Origin: Candidatus Sungiibacteriota bacterium
Lineage (GTDB): Bacteria; Patescibacteriota; Minisyncoccia; Sungbacterales; HO2-52-23
NCBI GenBank assembly: GCA_016186095.1
Contig: JACPMG010000011.1
Coordinates: 1 to 52,983, forward strand
Direction: 5' to 3'
Length of the DNA: 52,983 bases
Shown: positions 1 to 8,427 of the stretch, piece by piece
Layout of the letters: every line of letters begins with the position of its first letter
Numbering within the stretch: position 1 is the stretch's first letter
Translations under genes and position numbers: made by a program
The notes under the pieces: model-generated
Databases searched by the model: none
What the model saw: only the letters and a program-made list of their open reading frames with translations
What the model was told of the DNA's origin: nothing

Positions 1-90
1 CTCGGCGAGCATCTGGACTTGCGTGGTCTTCCCGGATCCCTCGATTCCTTCAAATACGATAAACTTTCCTGAATATTTGTTTGGTTTCAT
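1..90 (-). CDS. tmk: thymidylate kinase, first 30 codons only (gene runs off the left edge)
   Basis: The reverse complement of 1-90 reads MKPNKYSGKFIVFEGIEGSGKTTQVQMLAE. FEGxxGSGKTTQ is the dTMP-kinase P-loop. The ORF is missing from the track because the window edge truncates it. Confidence 0.8.
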   Translation of the reverse strand, partial: MKPNKYSGKFIVFEGIEGSGKTTQVQMLAE

Positions 91-165
91 CGATTGCTAT
101 TTATGACGATAAGTTTACCTCTGGACCTAATCATGCTAAATTCAGCATAGAGAATAATTTTAAAT

Positions 166-744
166 ATGGCAAAAAAAGAACCTATAGTTATAGCCGTGGT
201 GGGCTTTACCGGTTCCGGGAAAAGCGAGGCTACTGCCCGTTTCGTTGCGCGCGGATTTACGCGTTTTGCTTATAGCGACGCGATTTATGAAGAAATGCAG
301 CGTCTTGGCTATGATATCAGTATACACGACGAAGCAGTTCAGCAGAGAGTTCGTGAGGGGCTACGAAAAGAATTTGGCATGGGGGTGGCGGCTGATCGTA
401 TTATGCCGCGAGTTGAGGCTGCGGTTGAGAAGGGAGAAAATGTGGTAATTGAGAGCTTATATAGTTGGTCGGAGTATAAAAAAACCAAGGAACGTTTTGG
501 AAAACAATTTAGTGTTTTGGCGGTTTATGCGCCCCCGCGTCTTCGTTACGAAAGATTAAAAAGTCGTCCTGCTCGGCCGATTTCAGAAGATTCAGCGCGC
601 TCCAGAGATTATACCGAAATTGAGAATATAGAAAAAGCCGGCCCGATTGCCATGGCCGACTGGACGATAAAAAATCTCGGCGCCAAAGATGAGTTTCTCT
701 CCGAGGTTGACGCGCTGATTGATAAAATTCTTCAGGAAAATTAA
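166..744 (+). CDS. P-loop nucleotide kinase (CoaE-like / UPF0200-like)
   Basis: 192 aa with a Walker A motif (GFTGSGKS) near the N-terminus. Size and layout fit a small nucleotide kinase. Divergent from tmk. Confidence 0.6.
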   Translation: MAKKEPIVIAVVGFTGSGKSEATARFVARGFTRFAYSDAIYEEMQRLGYDISIHDEAVQQRVREGLRKEFGMGVAADRIMPRVEAAVEKGENVVIESLYSWSEYKKTKERFGKQFSVLAVYAPPRLRYERLKSRPARPISEDSARSRDYTEIENIEKAGPIAMADWTIKNLGAKDEFLSEVDALIDKILQEN

Positions 745-769
745 TACGGCTGGTTTCCCAACCGCATTA

Positions 770-1099
770 TTACTGGTTTATTGGAGAAATATCTGTCTCT
801 TCGATTATCCTTTCGTAACCGTTTGTGAAGATATTTGTTCGCGGGTCGAACATTAGCTCGCCAGACCAAATTTTTACCCACTCCTCGTCGCTAGTCCGGA
901 TCTCTACAGATTGGAAAAGAACGTACGGCCTCATTTTTGCAAGTTCCGCCATGGGCGGCACCTCACAGCGCGAATGGTAGTTGAAAAAAACCGAAGGAGG
1001 ATATGGACCTTCACAGCCGATAACTATTTTTCTTCCCACTGATGTCTCGTCCCACGTCTCACTACACCCATCGCAGGTGGTAACTGTTGTGGTCGCCAT
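770..1099 (-). CDS. hypothetical protein (109 aa, Cys-containing)
   Basis: Open frame with protein-like composition. No motif recognised. Confidence 0.4.
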   Translation of the reverse strand: MATTTVTTCDGCSETWDETSVGRKIVIGCEGPYPPSVFFNYHSRCEVPPMAELAKMRPYVLFQSVEIRTSDEEWVKIWSGELMFDPRTNIFTNGYERIIEETDISPINQ

Positions 1100-1178
1100 A
1101 AGTTCTCCTCAAAAAAGTTCAGGTACTGTACACAGGCAACCAGTTTTTGAGCAAGTTGTCAACGAAATTCCCGGCCGG

Positions 1179-1207
1179 TTGACCGGCATGGGCATGGGCT
1201 TGATAAT
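1179..1207 (+). promoter_or_regulatory. sigma70-like promoter, TTGACC-17-GATAAT
   Basis: -35 TTGACC at 1179-1184, a 17 nt spacer, -10 GATAAT at 1202-1207. It faces the purine-rich 1210-1541 unit. Confidence 0.4.
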
Positions 1208-1237
1208 TAACTTAGTACCGAGCACAGGGGGCGAGAA

Positions 1238-1468
1238 ATGAAAAGATTTCACAAGGGGCAGCCGGTTTTGAGGAGAATTGTCGGCGTGTGCGGTACGATA
1301 GCGAGCGAAGAAACGAAAGTATCGCGAGCCGATCGCCGAAGAGTGTGGATAAAGAATAGAAGAGGAGAAAAGTCCGTAGGCCCGTTTAGCCAGAGAACCG
1401 GAAAGGACTTGAGAGAAGATCTTATGCCGGGAATTCGCCAAAGCATCAGTCCTCTTCCTCCAAAATAA
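1238..1468 (+). CDS. possible small basic protein (76 aa); the unit could instead be a non-coding RNA
   Basis: The ATG is preceded by GGGGG at a 6 nt spacing. The unit lies between a promoter (1179-1207) and a terminator (1505-1541). The protein is Arg/Lys rich with no recognisable family. Confidence 0.25.
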   Translation: MKRFHKGQPVLRRIVGVCGTIASEETKVSRADRRRVWIKNRRGEKSVGPFSQRTGKDLREDLMPGIRQSISPLPPK

Positions 1469-1504
1469 AGTAGTTTTCAACCGCTCGGTCCTTCCGGCGG
1501 CTTG

Positions 1505-1541
1505 CCCCGCTATATCGCCAAGCGATATGCGCGGGGTTTTT
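1505..1541 (+). terminator. intrinsic terminator, plus-strand oriented
   Basis: CCCCGC-t-ATATCGC caa GCGATAT-gc-GCGGGG followed by TTTTT. The T-run exists only on the plus strand. The hairpin also abuts the rplK stop codon. Confidence 0.6.
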
Positions 1542-1962
1542 ATTTCACCTCAATTCCCATTGATCGAGCCGTGCCCTCGATAATCTTCTCCGCAGCTTCA
1601 AGCGATTCTGCATTTAAATCCTCCAGTTTGCGTTCGGCAATTTTTCTGATGTCTGCTTTTGTAACTTTGCCCACCTTTTTCTTATTCGGTTCACCCGACC
1701 CTTTTTCCACAGATGCTGCTTTTCGCAGCATGTCTGATGCGGGGGGAGTTTTTAACTTAAAATCAAAACTCCGGTCCTCATAAACCGTAATCTCCACCGG
1801 CACGATTTCGCCCTGCATCTGGCCGGTAGCATCGTTATATTTCTTCACAAAATCCCCAATATTTACGCCATGCGGCCCGAGAGCCGTGCCTACGGGCGGC
1901 GCGGGGGTGGCTTTGCCCGCGGGGATTTGTAGTTTGATGATTGTTTTTATCGCTTTGGCCAT
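1540..1962 (-). CDS. rplK: 50S ribosomal protein L11
   Basis: 140 aa. [35 protein letters not shown] is a canonical uL11 N-terminus. Confidence 0.97.
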   Translation of the reverse strand: MAKAIKTIIKLQIPAGKATPAPPVGTALGPHGVNIGDFVKKYNDATGQMQGEIVPVEITVYEDRSFDFKLKTPPASDMLRKAASVEKGSGEPNKKKVGKVTKADIRKIAERKLEDLNAESLEAAEKIIEGTARSMGIEVK

Positions 1963-2037
1963 ATGTTACACACTAATCCACTTATTTTTACACTAATCCG
2001 CGAATCACGAATATATATTGGTGGATTTGTGTACAGA
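1963..2037. repeat. self-complementary heptamer-word spacer cassette (nusG-rplK)
   Basis: ACACTAATCC occurs twice and CGCGAAT CACGAAT sit in tandem. A closing inverted repeat, TACACACTAATCCAC / GGTGGATTTGTGTA, abuts the rplK ATG and the nusG stop. Confidence 0.6.
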
Positions 2038-2583
2038 TTATAGTTTCTTTATCTGCAGCGAATCAAGTTCTACGGGCGTGTCGCGGCCGAATACATTGAC
2101 CAGTACTTTCAGTTTTCCCCGCTCCTGATCAACCTCCGAAACTTTGCCGTCAAAATCCTTGAACGGGCCGTCGGTGATTTTTACCGGATCCCCGACCGAA
2201 ACCTCGATTCTAAACTTTGGCTCTTCCTGCTCCGTGCGTTTCAGAAGCACGTCCATCTCCTCCTGCGAGAGCGGAGCCGGAGTGGTGCCGGCGCCGACAA
2301 ATCCGGTTACGCGCGGGGTGTTGCGCACCACATACCAGGAGTCATCCGTCACCACCATCTCTACCAAAACATACCCCGGATAAATTTTTTCTTCCGTTAC
2401 GCGGCGCTTGCCATTTTTAATTTTTATTTTTTTCTCAACCGGAACTAGGACATTGAAAATTTTGTCCTCCATGCCCATGGATTCAATTCTCTGCTTGAGG
2501 TTTCGCGCCACCGCGTCCTCGTAGCCGGAATAGGTATGCACCGCATACCAGTTTCTTCCGAATTCACTAGTTTGTTTAGGCAT
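2038..2583 (-). CDS. nusG: transcription termination/antitermination factor NusG
   Basis: 181 aa. WYAVHTYSGYE NGN motif and a C-terminal KOW-like GDPVKITDGPFKDFDGKV. Confidence 0.95.
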   Translation of the reverse strand: MPKQTSEFGRNWYAVHTYSGYEDAVARNLKQRIESMGMEDKIFNVLVPVEKKIKIKNGKRRVTEEKIYPGYVLVEMVVTDDSWYVVRNTPRVTGFVGAGTTPAPLSQEEMDVLLKRTEQEEPKFRIEVSVGDPVKITDGPFKDFDGKVSEVDQERGKLKVLVNVFGRDTPVELDSLQIKKL

Positions 2584-2605
2584 ATTTATCTCGCATCACC
2601 TTAAT

Positions 2606-3022
2606 TTAGGCGCTTCTGCGATAGTGTTTTCGTACATCGTGCTGGCCGCGCGATTCTCGGGCCTTCTTCCGCGCCAGCCTAAGATTCTGATCAACCAAAT
2701 AGCGCACTCTTTCAAAAATTTCTTCTCTGTCTTTTAGATATCCGCGTTCTTTTTCGCGTAAAACATCAGCAGATATTTCTTGTTGGACGGGCCAATCAAG
2801 TTTTCTCAAGTCTTCAACTAATTTCTGGAAGCGGGTGTCTTCTTCTCCGTTTCCCTCGCGCTCGACTCCCAAGTCCGTGAACCAGTTCGGAATATTTTCT
2901 GGCGCGAGAAAATCGCGGCGATGAGCGCCCTTTTTCTCTTTGGTCCGGCGCTCCTCATCTGAAATTTCCTCCGGTCCGGGAAGGCCGCCTTCGCGTATTC
3001 CAAATTCTCCTTTGTAGGCCAT
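2606..3022 (-). CDS. hypothetical highly charged protein inserted between secE and nusG
   Basis: 138 aa. Starts 2 nt after the secE stop and ends 22 nt before the nusG start. Glu/Arg/Lys rich with no known motif. Confidence 0.55.
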   Translation of the reverse strand: MAYKGEFGIREGGLPGPEEISDEERRTKEKKGAHRRDFLAPENIPNWFTDLGVEREGNGEEDTRFQKLVEDLRKLDWPVQQEISADVLREKERGYLKDREEIFERVRYLVDQNLRLARKKARESRGQHDVRKHYRRSA

Positions 3023-3024
3023 AT

Positions 3025-3210
3025 TTATAAAATGAAGTTATTAAGTATGAATTGAAATATAAAATCCAATCCCCCCAAAAACAAAGCCACCGCGACACTA
3101 AGCACAATAACCGTCATTGTATAACGGATGGTTTCTTCGCGGGTCGGCCAAGTGACTTTTTTGAGTTCGATCCTTGATTCTTTGAGAAAAGTAGTTATGC
3201 GGTCTAGCAT
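3025..3210 (-). CDS. secE: preprotein translocase subunit SecE
   Basis: 61 aa. ELKKVTWPTREE followed by one transmembrane helix, in the expected position upstream of nusG. Confidence 0.85.
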   Translation of the reverse strand: MLDRITTFLKESRIELKKVTWPTREETIRYTMTVIVLSVAVALFLGGLDFIFQFILNNFIL

Positions 3211-3395
3211 TGATTTTTGGCTAAATCCTGCTTTGCAGGAGCGCCCTTATACGGCCGAGCCGTCAGGCCTTATGGCCGAACATTTTGCATAAAATGTTTT
3301 AGGGCTTTTTTAAAAGGCCCGCAGGCCTTCTTTTATCACATTTTCTATGTTACGCTGACACGAGAACCATGTCAAGTAATAGTTAGGAGCGCCAG

Positions 3396-3722
3396 ATGGC
3401 ACGATGGCGGGCCTGGCTTGCCGGCCTTCATAGGGCAACCGACCTTTTCCTTCGTGAAATTATGGAAAATGCCGGCCATGAAATCAAACGTTTGGAATCA
3501 TCCATGGCCGCGGTTGAGTGCGATTTTTGCCGGGATTTGTCAGAGAAAAGCGTTCTTGCCGAATTCGATATCTGCGGGACAAACGTAAACGGGAAATTAC
3601 TTAGAGTTCATTCCTGCCCGACGCACAAGGAAGCGGTGACGTCTGGAGAAAACTGGTTCGTCAATAATCTTCGAACTACGCGCGGCATGAGTGCATGGAA
3701 AATAGTACCGCGACCTGGATAA
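3396..3722 (+). CDS. hypothetical Cys/His-containing protein (108 aa)
   Basis: AGGAG lies 6 nt upstream of the ATG. Contains ECDFC...DICG...HSCPTH. Convergent with gyrB. Confidence 0.4.
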   Translation: MARWRAWLAGLHRATDLFLREIMENAGHEIKRLESSMAAVECDFCRDLSEKSVLAEFDICGTNVNGKLLRVHSCPTHKEAVTSGENWFVNNLRTTRGMSAWKIVPRPG

Positions 3723-5822
3723 CTAAATATCCAGGTTTTTTACTGCCTTGGCGTGGGTCTGAATAAATTTTTTACGCGGTGGGACCTCATCCCCCATTAG
3801 GATGTCAAAAATACGATCGGCTTCGGCGCCGTCCTGAACGGCGACGCGCTTCATCATACGCGTTTGGGGGTTCATGGTCGTGTCCCACAATTCCGCAGCA
3901 TTCATCTCTCCTAGGCCTTTGTAGCGCTGGATTTCAGCGCCTTTTATTTCGCCCGTCTCTGTCGATTCCGCGCCCTTGGCCACCGCTTTCTGCTTTTTCG
4001 CTTCTATTTTTTGTTTTTTAAATTCTGCCACGACTTTGTCACGTTCGTTGTCAGAATAGGCGTAACGGGCGGTTTTCCCTGATTGGACCCGATAAAGCGG
4101 CGGCTGGGCAATATACAGATACCCCCGATTTATTACGGTGGGGAAATAACGGTAAAAAAGTGTTAAGAGCAGTGTGCGAATATGCGCGCCGTCAACGTCG
4201 GCATCGGTCATAATCACTATGCGATGGTAGCGGAGGCGCGATTCGTCAAATTCGTCTCCAATGGCCGCCCCCAAGGCGATGATCAGGGATTTTATCTCTT
4301 TGGACGTGAGCATTTTATCGAGCCGAGCTTTTTCCACGTTCAAAATTTTTCCGCGAAGCGGCAAGATAGCTTGGAATTTGCGGTCGCGGCCTTGTTTGCT
4401 TGAGCCTCCGGCGCTATCCCCCTCCACCAAAAATAATTCCGACTCTTCCGGATTTTTTGACTGGCAGTCGGCAAGTTTGCCGGGAAGCATGAGGCCCTCA
4501 AAAGCGCCCTTGCGAAGCACTGTGTCGCGGGCCGCTTTGGCGGCCTTGCGGGCCTTCTGCGCCAGGAGCGCTTTTCCTATAATTTCTTGCGCGTCGCGCG
4601 GATATTTTTCCAGCCATTCTTTGACGGATTCTCCAACGACTGCCTCCACCGCAGTCCGCGCCTCCGGATTGCCGAGCTTGGCCTTGGTTTGCCCCTCAAA
4701 TTGCGGCTCGCGCAGTTTTACGGAAATTATGGCCGTAATTCCTTCCCGTACGTCATCCCCGGTAAGCGTCTCATCGTCTTTTTTGAAATAATCGTTCTTT
4801 TTTGCATAGTCATTGAGCGCTCGCGTGAGTGCCGTGCGAAACCCGGTCAGATGCATGCCGCCTTCGCCAGTATGGATGTTATTGGCGAAAGATATTTCTT
4901 TGCCTTGCAGATCGTCGGTGTATTGAAATGCGGCTTCCACGAGGATTTTTCTTGAATCCACGGGTGCTTCTTTGGAGATATAAAAAATATTTTCGTGTTT
5001 CGATGTTTCGTTCCGGTTGAGATATTTGATGTAGGAGATAATGCCGCCCTCGAAATAAAAGGAATGGGAATTACGAAGTATGGTCCCGTCTTTGGCTTTG
5101 CTGCCATCACGCTCGTCAAGAATCGCGATTTTTACTCCCTTGGTAAGGTAGGCCTGTTGCCGCAGATGATCAAGGATCCGCGCCCAGTCAAAGGCAATTT
5201 TTTCTCCGCCAGAGGCGGATCCGCCTTGGGCGGAAAAAACTTCCGCGTCCGGCTCGAAAGTAACTGCGGTTCCCGTCCCTCTGCATTTCCCCGTTTTTTT
5301 GACGGCATATTTTGGTTTCCCCCGCGCATATTCTTGAGCATATTGAGCTCCCTCGCGGCAGACCTCCGCTTTCATCCAACTCGATAGTGCATTGACTACG
5401 GAGACGCCTACGCCATGAAGCCCGCCGGATACCTTATATGATTCGCCTCCGAATTTAGCGCCGGCATGGAGCGTGGTCATTACGGTTTCCAGCGCTGATT
5501 TTCTAGTTTGCTTGTGGATCTCAACAGGAATTCCGCGGCCATCGTCTATCACCATGACGCGATTTTGCGGAAGCAGGGTTATCGCAATATTTTTTGCGTA
5601 CCCGGCCATGGCCTCATCAAGGGAATTATCAACAACCTCCCAAATTAAATGATGCAGGCCGTCTACGCCCGTTGATCCGATATACATTCCGGGGCGCTTG
5701 CGCACCGGCTCCAGGCCCTCGAGAACATAAATATCCTTGGCGGTGTAGCCGTTGGATGCGGAAGTTTTCTTTTCCCTACGCGCCTGTTTTTTGTGGACAG
5801 TTTTACGAGGTTTTTTTGTCAT
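3723..5822 (-). CDS. gyrB: DNA gyrase subunit B
   Basis: YIGSTG, LHHLIWEVVDNSLDE, the EGDSAGGS Toprim motif and PLRGKILNVEKA. Start taken at MTKKPRK (5822) rather than the 9-codon longer ORF-track start at 5849. Confidence 0.96.
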   Translation of the reverse strand: MTKKPRKTVHKKQARREKKTSASNGYTAKDIYVLEGLEPVRKRPGMYIGSTGVDGLHHLIWEVVDNSLDEAMAGYAKNIAITLLPQNRVMVIDDGRGIPVEIHKQTRKSALETVMTTLHAGAKFGGESYKVSGGLHGVGVSVVNALSSWMKAEVCREGAQYAQEYARGKPKYAVKKTGKCRGTGTAVTFEPDAEVFSAQGGSASGGEKIAFDWARILDHLRQQAYLTKGVKIAILDERDGSKAKDGTILRNSHSFYFEGGIISYIKYLNRNETSKHENIFYISKEAPVDSRKILVEAAFQYTDDLQGKEISFANNIHTGEGGMHLTGFRTALTRALNDYAKKNDYFKKDDETLTGDDVREGITAIISVKLREPQFEGQTKAKLGNPEARTAVEAVVGESVKEWLEKYPRDAQEIIGKALLAQKARKAAKAARDTVLRKGAFEGLMLPGKLADCQSKNPEESELFLVEGDSAGGSSKQGRDRKFQAILPLRGKILNVEKARLDKMLTSKEIKSLIIALGAAIGDEFDESRLRYHRIVIMTDADVDGAHIRTLLLTLFYRYFPTVINRGYLYIAQPPLYRVQSGKTARYAYSDNERDKVVAEFKKQKIEAKKQKAVAKGAESTETGEIKGAEIQRYKGLGEMNAAELWDTTMNPQTRMMKRVAVQDGAEADRIFDILMGDEVPPRKKFIQTHAKAVKNLDI

Positions 5823-5917
5823 TTTAAAGCAATGAAATATCCGCCCCAATTTGTGGATAACTTTTAGGCGGATATTGCCGTAGATAGACCGCTTTTTAAA
5901 TCAAGGAGTACAGGGTA

Positions 5918-5946
5918 ATTATAGCAGATTTTAGGTATCGTTTCAA
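5918..5946 (-). promoter_or_regulatory. gyrB promoter, TTGAAA-17-TATAAT
   Basis: On the minus strand, -35 at 5941-5946 and -10 at 5918-5923 with an exact 17 nt spacer, just after the pheT stop. Confidence 0.55.
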
Positions 5947-5951
5947 CTCCT

Positions 5952-8009
5952 CTATTTCCTCAATTCCCACCCTTTTTGCTCAAGGGCTTTGGTGATTTTT
6001 TCCACGAGTTTATTTATTTCTTCGTCCTTGAGTGTCCGGTCGGGCGATTGAAAGATAAGATGAAACGCCAAGCTTTTTTCTTCGGCGTCGCGCATATCTT
6101 CGTCCTGAAAATAGTCGAAAAGATCGGTATCTGCGAGGAGTTTTCCGCCTGTATTTTCTATAATATCGAGCACATGTTCAACTCTTGTGTCTGCGGGCAC
6201 GACTACTGCCAGATCGCGTATAATAGCCGGATATTTGCCAACTGGCCTGTATTCGGATTCGGTGGTTGCCGCGCGCCACAATTTTCCAAAATCAATTTCC
6301 GCGGCCACGATCCGCGCCTTTGCTTTTATATTTTCTATTATCACCGGATGGACTTCGCCTATATTCCCTATTTTTTCATCCCCAATTTTTATTTCAGCAA
6401 ATCGGTACGGATGGAACAATGTTTGCGATTTGCGATTTGCGTTTTGCGATTTTCTGCTTGGCGCGTCATCATACCAATGATCGCTAATTCCCATTTTTTC
6501 TAGAAGCTCGTCAACCGCCCCCTTTAGCCGATAAAATTCTTCTTCGCCCGATGTATTTTTTTGGGCAAGGACGATAACGAGGTCTTTGTGCTCGTTTATT
6601 TTCGGACCTTGGAAACTTTTACCGATTCCGAAGATCTTAACGCTATCGAAATAACGCGAATTTTCCGCGGCCGAGGCGACATATTTGATCAAAATTCTGG
6701 GAATAAGGTATTTTGTCTCTGGATTCATTGGATTTTCCAGCGAAATTGTTCGGCTAGCATCCATGCTAAACTTTTTCAGTTCCTCATCCCCGGTAAATTC
6801 GTAAAGCCAGCTCTCCGTAAATCCGGCGCCGGCAAGAAAATCCTTAATGCGCTCTTCCCACCAGACCTCGTCATTGCGGCGCGCCGGATGTATGGCAACC
6901 TCCGGTAAACGAGCGGTAATTTTCTCATAGCCGAACATACGCGCCGCCTCCTCCACAAGGTCCTCCTCAATTTGCAGATCGCGCCTGATCGTAGGAATTT
7001 CCACGACAAAATTTTCTCCGTCTTTTTCAACCCCCAGTCCGAGCCGTTCAAATACGGTTTTGTAAAAAATCGGGGCAAGCTCCTGGCCAATAACGCTATT
7101 GGCGTATGCGGGGCGGAAAAGTATATGAGCGGGAGCGACCTTTTCAGGATAAATATCTATTAGCGGCCCCATACGTTTGCCGCCGTATTTTTCTAGAAGC
7201 TCCATCGCTCGGGCAAGTCCGGTAAGCGTCCGATTTGGATCCAGGCCTGCGGCATAAAGTTTTGAGGCCGCAGAGAAGAAGTTTAGCGCGCGGGAAGTTT
7301 TATATATTCGCACGGGGTCAAACGTTGCAGCCTGCAGAAGTATTTTTTTGGTGTTTTTGGACACGGCGGAATTTTCTCCGCCCATGATGCCGGCCAGATC
7401 AACTATGCGGTTGGCGTCCTCGATGACGATAGCTCCCTTCGGCAGAACGTGTTTCGTGCCATCAAGCGTGGTTAGCTCTTCTCCTCGACCTGATTCTCTT
7501 ATAATAAGTTTGCCCCCCGGAATTTTATCAAGATCGAAGGCGTGAAGAGGCTGTCCTGTTTCCAACATCACGTAATTAGTAATATCTACCACTGCGTCAA
7601 TTGGCCGAAGTCCGCAGGTAGTAAGCCGTTCCCGCATCCATTTCGGCGATGAGCCGATCTTTTTTATTTCTAAAATCTGCGCGGTATATCGCGGGCACAA
7701 TTCGGTTTTGGAAATTTTGATTTTTAGGTTTTGGTGCGCCCGGGCTTTAGATTCTGAAAGTTGTTCTGGATTTTGTAACTCGGACTTAGAACTTTTCTGG
7801 AGAATCGCAGCTATTTCTTTGGCCATTCCCCAGTGGTGTCCCGCATCAGAGAGGCGGTTGGCGGGAATTTTTGCATCAAGCGCGAAATCTCTTTCGACCT
7901 TCTCGACAGTTTCAACCTCAAAGGAGCGGATATTCAAAATCTCAGCCAGTTTTTGCGGCGATTCCTTAAGATTTATTAATTTTTTGAGCCAATTATATGA
8001 GAATTTCAT
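5952..8009 (-). CDS. pheT: phenylalanine--tRNA ligase beta subunit
   Basis: 685 aa. N-terminus MKFSYNWLKKLI plus B3/4 and B5-type blocks, immediately downstream of pheS. Confidence 0.95.
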   Translation of the reverse strand: MKFSYNWLKKLINLKESPQKLAEILNIRSFEVETVEKVERDFALDAKIPANRLSDAGHHWGMAKEIAAILQKSSKSELQNPEQLSESKARAHQNLKIKISKTELCPRYTAQILEIKKIGSSPKWMRERLTTCGLRPIDAVVDITNYVMLETGQPLHAFDLDKIPGGKLIIRESGRGEELTTLDGTKHVLPKGAIVIEDANRIVDLAGIMGGENSAVSKNTKKILLQAATFDPVRIYKTSRALNFFSAASKLYAAGLDPNRTLTGLARAMELLEKYGGKRMGPLIDIYPEKVAPAHILFRPAYANSVIGQELAPIFYKTVFERLGLGVEKDGENFVVEIPTIRRDLQIEEDLVEEAARMFGYEKITARLPEVAIHPARRNDEVWWEERIKDFLAGAGFTESWLYEFTGDEELKKFSMDASRTISLENPMNPETKYLIPRILIKYVASAAENSRYFDSVKIFGIGKSFQGPKINEHKDLVIVLAQKNTSGEEEFYRLKGAVDELLEKMGISDHWYDDAPSRKSQNANRKSQTLFHPYRFAEIKIGDEKIGNIGEVHPVIIENIKAKARIVAAEIDFGKLWRAATTESEYRPVGKYPAIIRDLAVVVPADTRVEHVLDIIENTGGKLLADTDLFDYFQDEDMRDAEEKSLAFHLIFQSPDRTLKDEEINKLVEKITKALEQKGWELRK
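6422..6449. repeat. 4 x 7 nt tandem array (TCGCAAA in the sense strand) inside pheT
   Basis: The plus strand reads TTTGCGA TTTGCGA TTTGCGT TTTGCGA. It encodes RKSQNANRKSQ. Confidence 0.85.
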
Positions 8010-8425
8010 TATTTCTGCGGAAACATCTTTTTTCTATGTTCTTCAGAAGACCTCTTGTTTAAGTAGCTGGCTTTATTGCCCAACATGGCCTGAAAGGCTC
8101 CCAAGCTCTTTTGTACATTCGGAGGAAATAGGTGAAGTTCTTGGTTGAGTCTAGTGTTAAAGCCCAAGAGGTCTTCTCGGGTGGCGGTTTCCGCCTCAAT
8201 TTTTTCCCAAATATCTATGGCCGGCTCATATTCTGCCACGTGATCCGGGTTGATATCTATCAGGTCGTGATCATACGCACTAGGGTTTTCTGTGCCTGTC
8301 GGCGGACTTCCCTGTAATTCCCACAGGCGTTTCGCCTCTTTTGCCCCTCTTACTTTTTCCCAAAATTTGTTTCTAAATTTTTCTTTTCTCCCGTTTTCGG
8401 GAGCAGATTCTTTTTGTTCGGGCAT
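8009..8425 (-). CDS. hypothetical charged protein inserted between pheS and pheT
   Basis: 138 aa. Starts 2 nt after the pheS stop and its stop overlaps the pheT start. No recognised motif. Confidence 0.55.
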   Translation of the reverse strand: MPEQKESAPENGRKEKFRNKFWEKVRGAKEAKRLWELQGSPPTGTENPSAYDHDLIDINPDHVAEYEPAIDIWEKIEAETATREDLLGFNTRLNQELHLFPPNVQKSLGAFQAMLGNKASYLNKRSSEEHRKKMFPQK

Positions 8426-8427
8426 TT

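Noticed and set aside
1360-1425. GAGGAGAAAAGTCCGTAGGC resembles the RNase P RNA P4 motif (GAGGAAAGUCCGGGC), and TGCGGTACGATAGCG at ~1295 resembles GGUAAGAGC.
   Set aside because: - The strand that pairs with AAGTCC lies only ~30 nt away, giving a simple hairpin.
- The motif order is reversed relative to RNase P RNA.
- No ACAGAA...GCUUA 3' strand or P1 closing helix could be found.

The region is kept only as an unassigned unit.
1109-1480. A 123-aa minus-strand ORF considered as a decayed rplA, and an 86-aa plus-strand ORF at 981-1241.
   Set aside because: - The 123-aa ORF has no resemblance to uL1, and the strand is pyrimidine-rich there.
- The 86-aa ORF overlaps the better 109-aa gene in antisense.
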